Below are positions 28,001-36,557 of a stretch of 37,699 nt of DNA, one piece after another. The translations under genes and the position numbers were made by a program. The stretch comes from an uncultured Bacilli bacterium (lineage in GTDB: Bacteria > Bacillota_I > Bacilli_A > RF39 > UBA660), in assembly GCA_949439935.1 (NCBI GenBank), contig CASRZA010000003.1, positions 1 through 37,699 on the forward strand, written 5' to 3'. The notes under the pieces are model-generated. The model searched no databases and had not been told where the DNA came from. It saw only the letters and a list, made by a program, of their open reading frames with translations. The first letter of the stretch is position 1. The number at the start of each line of letters is the position of its first letter.

Positions 28001-28435
28001 ACAGATAAAAAAGATTTATTCAAAATAGCGATGGCTTATCCTAACGTCTATGTTGCAAGCGCATCTTTAGGTGCGAATATGTTCCAGACGATCAAAGCTT
28101 TTAAAGAAGCTGAAGAGCATGAAGGGCCTTCGATAATAATAGCTTATTCTCCATGTATAGAACAAGGTATCAAAAAAGGTATGAACTGCTCTATAGAAGA
28201 AGAACGCCTAGCCGTAGAATGCGGTTACACGATACTTATGAGATACGATGGGGAAACACTCACCATAGATTCTAAAGAACCAGACTTCGATAAATACGAT
28301 AGTTTCTTAGATAGAGAAGTCAGATATAACTCGCTTAAAATTAAAGACGAATCCCTAGCAGAAGAACTTTTGTCGCTTAATAAAAAAGCTGCATCTAAAA
28401 GATACGAATACTATAAAAATTTGCAATCAAAATGA
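25070..28435 (+). CDS. nifJ: Pyruvate:ferredoxin (flavodoxin) oxidoreductase
   Basis: YPITPSS, EMQSEAGAAG, TASQGLLLM, two CxxCxxCxxxCP, GACAGCGE, GGDGWAYDIG, YSNTGGQ. Confidence 0.98.
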   Translation: MKKVMDGCTAASTIAYKFSEVASIYPITPSSPMASNMDKLSSVGVKNLFGDTVNVIEMQSEAGAAGTLHGALLSGTLASTFTASQGLLLMIPNMYKIAGEELPAVMHVASRTLATHALSIFGDHSDIYAVRQTGFCMLASSSVQEAHDLAAVAHLSAIKTSLPFLHFMDGFRTSHEINKIQLLEDGNLLKLIDRDAVRTFRDKTLNINRPHSRGMAENEDVYFQSVEARNRDYEIVPKTVEYYMDKINEIQNADYKPFNYYGSDKAKYVIVAMGSVTSTIKKTIEALHTMGQNVGLIAVHLYRPFSREYLISVLPKSVKRIAVLDRTKEPGSIGEPLYLDVVSALKDCNIEIYGGRYGLSSKNTTPSDIYAVYDMLENAPKDNFTIGIQDDITNLSLEKKNLDIKDHTKELLIYGYGSDGMVSASKDLLKIIGNHSEQYVQGYFEYDSKKSGGVTISHLRFDSERIDAPYYPEHPNILVVTKESYLNKFELTDDLANNGVLIVNSKKRFEEIPMLLKIQKDIVEKNITVFTIDAGKIAERNDLKGKISLIFETILLKLLGFDNYEEILTKSIQERFKTKGEKIVNANIKCVKEAIVGLVPFKAKLTQDGTTLDSTDVVDMINSRKGNELKVGDLMSFRTGEFPEGLSKLEKRTTTDTVPSWKSENCIECGMCSIVCPHAVIRPFVVEKDSDYAEHGINLIGDKDDKYRFIISVSEADCTGCGLCIDVCPGKKGEKALEFGRPDLKKQRLANTLFNFYKNPTMFDKFTIKGSQLQKPKFEFSGACAGCGETPYIKLLTQLYGDRLMIANATGCSSIYGGSVPSTPYSIPWANSLFEDNAEFGYGLLKGTETIRNRIKDIMVESQESVDEVMRELFKEWIENMDNYEITKKIKEELRLCDIPNEIDELLDYIEKPSIWAIGGDGWAYDIGFSGIDHVLSSNENINILVLDTEVYSNTGGQASKSSHFGQVAEFTDNGKKTDKKDLFKIAMAYPNVYVASASLGANMFQTIKAFKEAEEHEGPSIIIAYSPCIEQGIKKGMNCSIEEERLAVECGYTILMRYDGETLTIDSKEPDFDKYDSFLDREVRYNSLKIKDESLAEELLSLNKKAASKRYEYYKNLQSK

Positions 28436-28529
28436 CGATGAGATGTTACAAGCAGTAGCCGAGCATCCATCGCATTCCAAATAAGCGTGTATATGAACAA
28501 AAATATGTGGTTTAGGCTTACAAAAAATA

Positions 28530-28558
28530 TTGACTTTTAAAAAAGCCACTAGTATAAT
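28530..28558 (+). promoter_or_regulatory. Sigma-A promoter of pilin gene
   Basis: TTGACT-17 bp-TATAAT. Confidence 0.75.
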
Positions 28559-28584
28559 GAAAACAGAAAGTAGGGAAAATGTTC

Positions 28585-29127
28585 ATGAAGAATAGAAAAA
28601 AGGCAAATAAGAAAGGTTTCACATTAATAGAATTGTTAGCCGTAATCGTAGTGTTAGCTATTATCATGATTTTAGCCGTTCCTAACATCATCGAATCTAT
28701 GAACAAAGCAAAAAAGAAATCGTTCCAAATGTATGGTGAGAAAATGTTTAATTCTGCTTTACAAGAATATGAATCTAGAAAGATGCTCAATGAAGCGATA
28801 AGTCCACACGTTTTTGAATATGATAGTTCTGGAAATAGAGAATATTGCTATACTTTTGAAGACATTGGTATAAATAGTCCAGGAAACTACAAAGGCTTCG
28901 TTCGTGTCAATCATAGGACGACGACGACAGGCGGCAAATCCGATACGACTTACCAAATCTACTTGACAGACGATGCATATCTTTATAATGGTACATTCTC
29001 AAACGACGTACAAAACAAGATAGATTCTATCTTAAATATCGATTGTGATAAATCTTCAAATGAAGCATGCTTATCGTTGAGTGAAGCTACAGAATTGATG
29101 AAAAAATGTACTGAGGGAACAAAGTAA
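28585..29127 (+). CDS. Type IV pilin (prepilin-type N-terminal cleavage/methylation)
   Basis: KKG|FTLIELLAVIVVLAIIMILAVP with E5; start 28579 or 28585. Confidence 0.92.
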   Translation: MKNRKKANKKGFTLIELLAVIVVLAIIMILAVPNIIESMNKAKKKSFQMYGEKMFNSALQEYESRKMLNEAISPHVFEYDSSGNREYCYTFEDIGINSPGNYKGFVRVNHRTTTTGGKSDTTYQIYLTDDAYLYNGTFSNDVQNKIDSILNIDCDKSSNEACLSLSEATELMKKCTEGTK

Positions 29128-29158
29128 ACGAACAAAGACAAGTTCTTTACTTTTTTTC
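29121..29158 (+). terminator. Intrinsic terminator
   Basis: AAAGTAAA(C)GAAC...GTTCTTTACTTT followed by T run. Confidence 0.65.
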
Positions 29159-29203
29159 TTTTACAATTTATAATAATGATAGAAGAGTATCGGAGGTAGT
29201 TTC

Positions 29204-30115
29204 ATGTTAACTATAGGATGTCATGTAAATTTTGGCCAAAAACAGTTGAAGGGATGTGTAGAACAAGCACTTTCCTATGGGGCAAATGCTTTCATGTTTT
29301 ATACTGGTGCCCCACAAAATACAGCTAGAAGTCCGATCGACGACTTTCTATCTATCGAGGCTTTAAATATGATAAAAGAAAACGAGATAAAGCTCGAAAA
29401 TGTCATTTGTCATGCTCCATACATCATAAATCTTGCTAATAATAAAGACTTAGAGAAGTATCGTTTTAGTATAAACTTTTTGATAAACGAACTCGAAAGA
29501 TGCGATCTGTTGGGAATCAAATATATCGTACTGCATCCGGGAAGTGCCGTCGGTTTAGAAAGAGACGATGCGATAAAAAATATCATATATGCCTTAAACA
29601 TCGTATTGGATACGACAGACTCAACGATAATTTGCTTAGAAACTATGGCTGGGAAAGGAACCGAAATTGGCACTACTACAAAAGAAATCAAAACGATAAT
29701 AGATGGTATCATAAAAAAAGAGCGCATCGGAGTATGTTTAGATACTTGCCATTTAAACGATGCTGGAGAAGATATAAGTGCATTTGATTCCTATTTAAAT
29801 GAGTTCGATAAGACGATCGGCATCGATAAGATAAAAGCCATCCATATAAACGATTCTAAAAACCCCAGAGGCTCTCATAAAGACAGGCACGAATGTATAG
29901 GATATGGAACTATAGGGTTTGAAAATCTTTTAAACGTAATTTATAATCCGCGGCTAGAAGACATACCGAAAATACTAGAGACACCATATATTGGTAACGA
30001 TGAAGATTCTAAAGAGCGATTATATCCTCCATATAAGTTTGAAATCGAGATGATCAAGAACAAAACTTTTAATCCAAATCTTATGGAAGATATAAGAGCA
30101 TTTTACAAAAAATAG
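29204..30115 (+). CDS. nfo: Endonuclease IV
   Basis: HAPYIINLAN, LHPGS, LETMAGKG, CLDTCH, HINDSK, DRHE, LETP. Confidence 0.97.
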   Translation: MLTIGCHVNFGQKQLKGCVEQALSYGANAFMFYTGAPQNTARSPIDDFLSIEALNMIKENEIKLENVICHAPYIINLANNKDLEKYRFSINFLINELERCDLLGIKYIVLHPGSAVGLERDDAIKNIIYALNIVLDTTDSTIICLETMAGKGTEIGTTTKEIKTIIDGIIKKERIGVCLDTCHLNDAGEDISAFDSYLNEFDKTIGIDKIKAIHINDSKNPRGSHKDRHECIGYGTIGFENLLNVIYNPRLEDIPKILETPYIGNDEDSKERLYPPYKFEIEMIKNKTFNPNLMEDIRAFYKK

Positions 30116-30146
30116 GATAAATACAAGAAGAAGTAGAGACATTTTT

Positions 30147-30722
30147 ATGAAAAAATTTAAGAAAAACTTCACTATGGTCGGTCTTATAATAATGATTGTA
30201 GGTGTAATGCTTTTTATATCGAATAAAACAGTGATAAGCCAAGAGTCCGAACTGTCTAAAAACTCTTTAATATCGATGTATGTTCAGGATATACATGAAG
30301 AATATCAGATAAACGATTCAAAAGAATTCCCGAGAAAAGGATATAATCTAAATTTAGAACGAAGCAAATGCTCCAATGGTGGAATTCTATCTCAAGATCC
30401 TGAAACATTAACTATAAATATGACATCAGAGAATTCTGAAAGATGTACACTATATTTCGATATGACAATTTATCGCGTCACAATAATGGTTGACGATCTC
30501 GTAATTCTCAGGGGTAATTTTCAACAAGGTGAAACTCTATCATCAATATTGTCAGATATATCAGATCCTTCGAAAGAAGGTTATGTATTCGAAGGATGGA
30601 CCATAGATGGAGTACTGGTCGACCTAGATAAGGAATTAACTGGCGATGTTACGATTACACCCCGATGGAAACCTATAGATCCTGCCGAGCCAGAGATTCC
30701 TATAGATCCTGACTTTGAATAA
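30147..30722 (+). CDS. Exported/membrane-anchored protein with two-Cys domain and one InlB B-like repeat
   Basis: N-terminal hydrophobic helix; FP..GY.LN..SKCSNG..CTLYFD; PSKEGYVFEGW..VTITPRW. Confidence 0.75.
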   Translation: MKKFKKNFTMVGLIIMIVGVMLFISNKTVISQESELSKNSLISMYVQDIHEEYQINDSKEFPRKGYNLNLERSKCSNGGILSQDPETLTINMTSENSERCTLYFDMTIYRVTIMVDDLVILRGNFQQGETLSSILSDISDPSKEGYVFEGWTIDGVLVDLDKELTGDVTITPRWKPIDPAEPEIPIDPDFE

Positions 30723-30764
30723 TCCGTTTAATAAACGATCTCTTAAATAAAACCTTTTTAAACT

Positions 30765-30793
30765 GCATAAAACTCAGCTATCTTGCCATAATA
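30765..30793 (+). promoter_or_regulatory. Sigma-G-type (forespore) promoter
   Basis: GCATA-17 bp-CATAATA. Confidence 0.6.
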
Positions 30794-30809
30794 TAAATGG
30801 TGAAAATAA

Positions 30810-30992
30810 ATGATTAAAAACATGAGCAAAAAGACAAAATGTGCTTCCATATCTTCGAGTGACGACTATAGAGTTCTTACTGATAACCTTACAAATCCTT
30901 ATTGCTACAATTTTGGTAGAGTATTAAAGAAAAGCAATTCTAATACTTTTCAAAAACTTCATAACAAAATTAATACCGAATTTCTAAAATGA
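30810..30992 (+). CDS. Small hypothetical protein (60 aa), possibly spore-associated
   Basis: SD GGTGA, sigma-G-type promoter, and AAAATGAC/GTCATTTT terminator. Confidence 0.6.
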   Translation: MIKNMSKKTKCASISSSDDYRVLTDNLTNPYCYNFGRVLKKSNSNTFQKLHNKINTEFLK

Positions 30993-31109
30993 CGATTTTT
31001 AAATTTGTCATTTTTATTTTTTGGCAAAATTTTATAAAGTTTTGTAAACTTTCTCTCTATATTAAAAAAATAAAATAAGTTATAATGTATTATACAGGGA
31101 GGTAATATT

Positions 31110-31391
31110 ATGTTAAACGATCAAAAATTGAAAGAATTGATGAAGGAAAAGAATATAAAGAGCAAACTACAACTTGCAAAATTGTCGAAGATTCCTTATT
31201 CGACGCTGATCTACATGTTTCAAGGACACGACATGCAAGTAAGTACACTCGTAGAGCTTTCAAAATTCTTCGGTGTTCCGATCGATCATTTAATAAGTAA
31301 AAATTATGGCGTGATCAATATTACTGAAAAAGGGAACAACTACATCGATACGAGCAGTATAATCGAAGCAACTGTGTCAACCATGATGTAA
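31110..31391 (+). CDS. XRE/Cro-C1 family HTH regulator
   Basis: LKELMKEKNI..LAKLSKIPYSTL..LSKFFGVPIDHL; SD GGAGGT. Confidence 0.88.
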   Translation: MLNDQKLKELMKEKNIKSKLQLAKLSKIPYSTLIYMFQGHDMQVSTLVELSKFFGVPIDHLISKNYGVINITEKGNNYIDTSSIIEATVSTMM

Positions 31392-31474
31392 TATGATTGC
31401 AAAGTATGTGTCGAGTGTGCTATAATACTTTCCATAAGGGAGCACATCCCTGTGAAGTATAAGGAAGAGGTACT

Positions 31475-32011
31475 ATGGAAAGAATAGTTTTAACTATCGG
31501 GGGATTATTTAGTTCTTTTGGTTGGGGCGACTTATTTTTCTTCGTCGTAACTTTACTGCTATTGTTGCTTTTAGTTTACATAGTCTATCTAATAAAAGTC
31601 GACGATGATGAGGAAGAGGGCGATTTGAGTCAGATGCTGTCCGTAGCAGACGACAAGATAAGCCTGCCGAAACCGAGCGTCAACCAAAAACCGCTAAGCA
31701 AAATAGTCGACGAACTAGAAACGGATTACAGTCCTAAACCTATCGATCTCAGCGAGTATGAAAAAGAGATGGAAGATACTGCAATCATAAGTTACGACGA
31801 ACTTGTTCAAAGAGCATCTACAGCGACAAACATTTATTACGATGACAACTATGAAAGCGGTTTCGATGACATCGTAGTTCAAAAAGTTGACAACAAAGAA
31901 AGCAAGACACAAGAACTCGTCAATCTTCCTAAAGCGATCATGATGAGTTATGAAAACGAAGAAGCTTTCTTATCGGCACTAAAAGTACTACAAAAAAACT
32001 TAGTTAGATAG
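31475..32011 (+). CDS. Hypothetical single-pass membrane protein with acidic tail
   Basis: One TM (about aa 20-41); SD AAGAGGT. Confidence 0.8.
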   Translation: MERIVLTIGGLFSSFGWGDLFFFVVTLLLLLLLVYIVYLIKVDDDEEEGDLSQMLSVADDKISLPKPSVNQKPLSKIVDELETDYSPKPIDLSEYEKEMEDTAIISYDELVQRASTATNIYYDDNYESGFDDIVVQKVDNKESKTQELVNLPKAIMMSYENEEAFLSALKVLQKNLVR

Positions 32012-32043
32012 ATTCTAACTATTTTTTCTAGGGAGGTTTTACT

Positions 32044-33333
32044 ATGAAATTTTCGATTATTACGCTAGGATGCAAAGTAAATAGCTATGAGAGTGATTAT
32101 GTTAAAGAGAAGTTTAACGAAGCTGGTTACAGTGAAGTCAAATTACAAGAAGAGCCGGATGTAGTAGTCATCAACACGTGTTCTGTTACGAATCAAAGCG
32201 ACGCAAAAAGCAGGCATATGATAAGACTTGCAAAAAGAGAGTCAGAAAATGCCATAATCGTCGTATGCGGCTGCAGTGCAGAAAATCACAGAGAAGAACT
32301 CCTATCTTTAGGAATAGACATTTTGATAGGAAATAAAGACAAGTCTAAGATAGTCACCTTAGTAGAAGAATTTAAACAATCTAAAAAAACGATCTCTAAA
32401 TTTTACGATATGTCGAAAGTTCCTTTTGAAGATATGATGTTGAAGAACGAAAGCGACAAAACCCGAGCGTTCGTTAAAATCCAAGACGGCTGTGACAACT
32501 TTTGTGCCTACTGCATAATACCTTACATGAGAGGAAATTTGAGAAGTAAGGATATCGACGTAGCAACTAAAGAGATAGAAGAACTCGTAAAAATGGGACA
32601 CAGTGAGATCGTCCTCACGGGCATCCACACAGGTTCATATGGTCGAGGACAAGACTATGATTTGGTCGACCTGATTAGAAGGATTAGCCAAATCGAAGAT
32701 TTGAAACGAATAAGGATCTCTTCTATCGAAGTTACTGAGCTCGACGACAAATTTTTAAACGAGCTTGCACAGAATCCTAAAATATGTGACCACCTTCACA
32801 TTCCCCTCCAAACGGGAAGTGACGAGATTTTAAAACACATGAATCGTAAATACGATACAGAGTATTTTTACAACAAGATCCAAACGATAAGAAGCATAAG
32901 GCCGAATATAAGCATAACTACTGATTTGATCGTCGGTTTTCCATACGAGTTAGAGGAAAACTTCGAAGAAACAGTACGTTTTATCGAAAAAGTCAGATTT
33001 ACTAAAATTCATACATTTCCATTTTCCTTAAGAAGTGGCACTAAAGCTGAAGAAATGAAAGATCACTTCGTCGACGAAGCGACAAAAAAACGAAGAGTAC
33101 ATACGATTTTAGAATTATCGACTAAATTGGAAAAAGAATACTATTCACAGTTTATCGGTAAAACCTTAGATGTCATCGTAGAAACAGGTGAGGAGTCGAA
33201 CCTTAAAGGCCATACTTCAAACTATATTCTCGTACATTTTAAAGGCCGTATTAAGCCTGGCAAAACGGTGCTGGTAAAAATCGATTCTCTTGACGGTTTA
33301 ATTGTAAATGGAGAGATAGAAAAAGTTGAATAA
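32044..33333 (+). CDS. mtaB: tRNA t6A37 methylthiotransferase
   Basis: TLGCKVN, NTCSVT, radical SAM CDNFCAYC, LTGIH, RISSIE, C-terminal TRAM domain. Confidence 0.95.
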   Translation: MKFSIITLGCKVNSYESDYVKEKFNEAGYSEVKLQEEPDVVVINTCSVTNQSDAKSRHMIRLAKRESENAIIVVCGCSAENHREELLSLGIDILIGNKDKSKIVTLVEEFKQSKKTISKFYDMSKVPFEDMMLKNESDKTRAFVKIQDGCDNFCAYCIIPYMRGNLRSKDIDVATKEIEELVKMGHSEIVLTGIHTGSYGRGQDYDLVDLIRRISQIEDLKRIRISSIEVTELDDKFLNELAQNPKICDHLHIPLQTGSDEILKHMNRKYDTEYFYNKIQTIRSIRPNISITTDLIVGFPYELEENFEETVRFIEKVRFTKIHTFPFSLRSGTKAEEMKDHFVDEATKKRRVHTILELSTKLEKEYYSQFIGKTLDVIVETGEESNLKGHTSNYILVHFKGRIKPGKTVLVKIDSLDGLIVNGEIEKVE

Positions 33334-33371
33334 TTCTGTCAAAAAAATTATACTAATAATAGGTGATTTTG

Positions 33372-34040
33372 ATGGGTAACAGATTAACTAGGACATTTGA
33401 TGCAACTTATACATCCAGAGACAAAAAAAAGCACAAATTAACCGTGCGAATCTACCATCGCCTCGGTTCGTTCGGTCTATCGATAGGGCTCATCAGAAAT
33501 AACAAGATCTATTCGCTCTGCACTGGTGAAAACGCTCACAAAAAAACTAACAAATTAGATGGTCAAGATCTAACCAAAGATCTCGAATTGATAGAAAAAA
33601 TAATCGAAAAAAATGACGAAATCGTACAGAGCCTAAACTCCAAAGACAACAGAATTGTCGAATTAGAAAGTTACTTTTACGACTATCTCATAAATTCAAC
33701 CGCGGCGAGCATAGCTAAAAAACCTAATAAATCTAATAAAGAGCAAAGCCTTTTTTATAAAAAAGTACTATTTGGAAATCCAAAAAGTACTAAAGAGACA
33801 GATGAGAACAGCATCTATGGAGCATATATAGAAGCATATTTAAAGTTTCACGAAAAAAGCGATCCTTCCGACGAAGAGAAAGAAGCTTACCTAAAAGATC
33901 TTCTATCTTTAGAGGAAAAAACGAATGTCGAACTGAACCTAGGCGGCTCGATTCACGTCGTGGTACCTTATTCAGATTATAGGACATATTTGGAACAAAA
34001 AACTACGATGGCCGAAGGCAGAAAAGAGAACTTTATTTGA
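33372..34040 (+). CDS. Hypothetical protein
   Basis: Long ORF with SD AGGTGA before ATG 33372; no recognised motif. Confidence 0.75.
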   Translation: MGNRLTRTFDATYTSRDKKKHKLTVRIYHRLGSFGLSIGLIRNNKIYSLCTGENAHKKTNKLDGQDLTKDLELIEKIIEKNDEIVQSLNSKDNRIVELESYFYDYLINSTAASIAKKPNKSNKEQSLFYKKVLFGNPKSTKETDENSIYGAYIEAYLKFHEKSDPSDEEKEAYLKDLLSLEEKTNVELNLGGSIHVVVPYSDYRTYLEQKTTMAEGRKENFI

Positions 34041-34171
34041 AGTTTTTTTCTTTGCAAAACGTTTTAATTCATCTACGAGTTTGTACTATAGGCTAGATCT
34101 CTAAAATAGAGTACCCACTTGAGCTTTAGTCTTTCTTCTGTTAAAATGTTCCTAGAAGGGAGTATCTACTA

Positions 34172-36358
34172 ATGGAATACATCAAAGGAAAATTTAAAAA
34201 AACTATATACGAATCTACTGATGGAAATGGCTATAAAATAGGTCTTTTCAGAGTAAAGGAAGCAAGCGACAAACTCCAAGAAGAACTTGCGAACCACACA
34301 GTTACATTCACCGGATACTTCTACGAGTTAACCGTCGACGAAAACTACATTTTTTATGGAAACTATGTCGAAAACGGAAAATACGGCTTTCAATTCCAAG
34401 TATCTTCTTATGAGCACATCAAACCGGAAGGCAAAGATGCCGTCGTCGACTTTTTATCTTCCAGTTTAGTCAAAGGATGTGGCGAAAAAACCGCTGAGCA
34501 AATTGTAGAACTTCTAGGAGATAAAGCTTTGGAGAAGATCAAAGAAGACAAAAGTTGTCTACTTTTAATTCCTAAAATGACGGAGAAAAAAGCTGATAGC
34601 ATATACAATTCGATAATAAAATACCAAAACAGTGACGAAGTGATAATATACCTAACTAAATTAGGATTTACTATGAAAAACGCCATGAATCTTTTAAACG
34701 TCTATGGTATGAGCATCAAAAGCGTTCTCGAGGAAAACGTATACTCGCTGATAAACGAAATCGAGTTTAAAACTTTGGACAAAGTATACTTTAATTTAAA
34801 AAACGAAACCGATGAAAACAGAATAGAGGCTTGCATAATCGAATCGCTGAAAGAACTATCGTTCGAAACGGGAGATACATACTCATATAAAGAAGAGATA
34901 CGAACGAGACTGGCTAATTTTGACATCGTATTAACGGAAGAAGAGTTCGACGAATACATAGATAGGCTAAAAAATCGCCGAGAGATAAAGATACTCGACG
35001 ACCGATATTTTCTATACGGATATTACAAGATGGAAAACAACATAGCAGAATCGTTGCACGAAATTAACGACAATAAACCGAAGAAGATCTCTAAGCTCGA
35101 CGAGAGGATCGAAGCGTTCAGTCAAGCTAATGGAGTCGTCTATAATGGCGACCAAAAACGGGCGATCAAGATGGCCTTAAGCGAAAACATCACTATAATA
35201 ACTGGAGGTCCAGGAACAGGTAAGACGACTATTGTAAAAGCCATCGCAGGACTCTACATAGACACGCACGAATTCAGCGAAAAGATCGCTCTAGAAGAAC
35301 TAGCATTACTAGCCCCGACAGGGCGAGCTGCTAAAAGACTAAGCGATTTGACAGGCTTACCTTCGATGACCATCCACAGATATTTAAAATGGGATAAAAA
35401 TACCGGAAAATTCGAATATAACGAATATAATAAACGGATGGAAAAACTCATCATAATTGATGAAACTAGCATGATAGACACCGAACTGTTCGACGCTCTG
35501 TTAAAGGGGATAAATCATTCGTCTAGGTTGGTAATAGTTGGAGATGACAACCAACTACCAAGTGTAGGACCTGGACTCATATTGACAGATCTAATAACGA
35601 GTGAACTGTTTAACCATGTACCATTAAAAGAGATCTATAGACAAAGTTCAGGGTCTTCCATACCATATCTATGTTTAAACATTAAAAACCACGATCTAGA
35701 AGAAGAATCCATATCGAAAAAGGAAGATTTTTCCTTTCTAAACGTAGACGTTCACATGGTAAAAGATACCATCAAAGAAATTTGTAAAGTTTCGATAAAA
35801 AAGGGGATCGACGTCAACAATATCCAAATTTTGGCACCTATGTATAAAGGAGAAAATGGCATAGATAATCTAAACGTCATCCTACAGGGACTTTTTAACC
35901 CCGCATGTAAAGAAAAAAGCGAGATAAGGATAGGAGAAACTTTATTTCGCGTGGGGGATAAAGTCTTACAGTTAGTAAATGACCCGGATAACAACATTTA
36001 CAACGGAGATATCGGATACGTCATAGAAACAAATGCAGGTTCAAAAGATAAACTCCTCGTCGTCAATTTTTATGGAAATGCCGTCTTTTATAAGCGAGAA
36101 GACCTCATAAATTTAAAGCATGCTTATGCGATTACTATCCATAAAAGCCAAGGAAGCGAATTCGATCATGTCATCATGCCGATCACGATGAACTATGGTC
36201 GTATGCTATACAACAAACTACTTTACACTGGCATTTCTCGTGCAAAAAAAAGTCTCACTCTGCTCGGAAGTCCGCAGGCTTTCTATATGGGTACAAATAA
36301 CGACTACAGTTTAAATCGAAAAACCAATTTAGTCGAAACTTTGATGAATAAACTATAA
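34172..36358 (+). CDS. recD2: RecD2-like ATP-dependent DNA helicase
   Basis: N-terminal OB/HhH region, GGPGTGKTT, APTGRAAKR, DETSM, GDDNQLPSV, HKSQGSE. Confidence 0.95.
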   Translation: MEYIKGKFKKTIYESTDGNGYKIGLFRVKEASDKLQEELANHTVTFTGYFYELTVDENYIFYGNYVENGKYGFQFQVSSYEHIKPEGKDAVVDFLSSSLVKGCGEKTAEQIVELLGDKALEKIKEDKSCLLLIPKMTEKKADSIYNSIIKYQNSDEVIIYLTKLGFTMKNAMNLLNVYGMSIKSVLEENVYSLINEIEFKTLDKVYFNLKNETDENRIEACIIESLKELSFETGDTYSYKEEIRTRLANFDIVLTEEEFDEYIDRLKNRREIKILDDRYFLYGYYKMENNIAESLHEINDNKPKKISKLDERIEAFSQANGVVYNGDQKRAIKMALSENITIITGGPGTGKTTIVKAIAGLYIDTHEFSEKIALEELALLAPTGRAAKRLSDLTGLPSMTIHRYLKWDKNTGKFEYNEYNKRMEKLIIIDETSMIDTELFDALLKGINHSSRLVIVGDDNQLPSVGPGLILTDLITSELFNHVPLKEIYRQSSGSSIPYLCLNIKNHDLEEESISKKEDFSFLNVDVHMVKDTIKEICKVSIKKGIDVNNIQILAPMYKGENGIDNLNVILQGLFNPACKEKSEIRIGETLFRVGDKVLQLVNDPDNNIYNGDIGYVIETNAGSKDKLLVVNFYGNAVFYKREDLINLKHAYAITIHKSQGSEFDHVIMPITMNYGRMLYNKLLYTGISRAKKSLTLLGSPQAFYMGTNNDYSLNRKTNLVETLMNKL

Positions 36359-36374
36359 GATTTTGCCCATACTA
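36346..36374 (+). promoter_or_regulatory. Sigma-G-type (forespore) promoter
   Basis: GAATA-17 bp-CATACTA. Confidence 0.65.
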
Positions 36375-36396
36375 ATAGTAAGTAAGGAGAGATTTT

Positions 36397-36543
36397 ATGA
36401 AAAAGAAAATGAACATGCTTGTCCCAATCGCTTGTCTATCTGTCGGTGTGGGTTCACTTATGTACTCATATATGAAAATGCACCCAGTAAAAACGGCGAT
36501 GGTAAAAGCTGACGTTAAAAACATGATGAAGGACTTGAAGTAA
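36397..36543 (+). CDS. 48-aa small protein absent from the ORF track (possibly YrzQ-like)
   Basis: SD TAAGGAG; MKKKMNMLVPIACLSVGVGSLMYSYMKMHPVKTAMVKADVKNMMKDLK; hairpin AAGGACTT/AAGTCCTT at 36529-36550. Confidence 0.75.
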   Translation: MKKKMNMLVPIACLSVGVGSLMYSYMKMHPVKTAMVKADVKNMMKDLK

Positions 36544-36557
36544 AGTCCTTTTAAGCT

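Noticed and set aside
28436-28515. Coding-looking stretch after PFOR (DDEMLQAVAEHPSHSK)
   Set aside because: Too short, no convincing SD or recognisable homology.
15937-31038. Identical 14-mer CAAAATTTTATAAA at 15937 and 31025, both upstream of HTH loci
   Set aside because: Almost pure A/T in AT-rich intergenic DNA; chance cannot be excluded.
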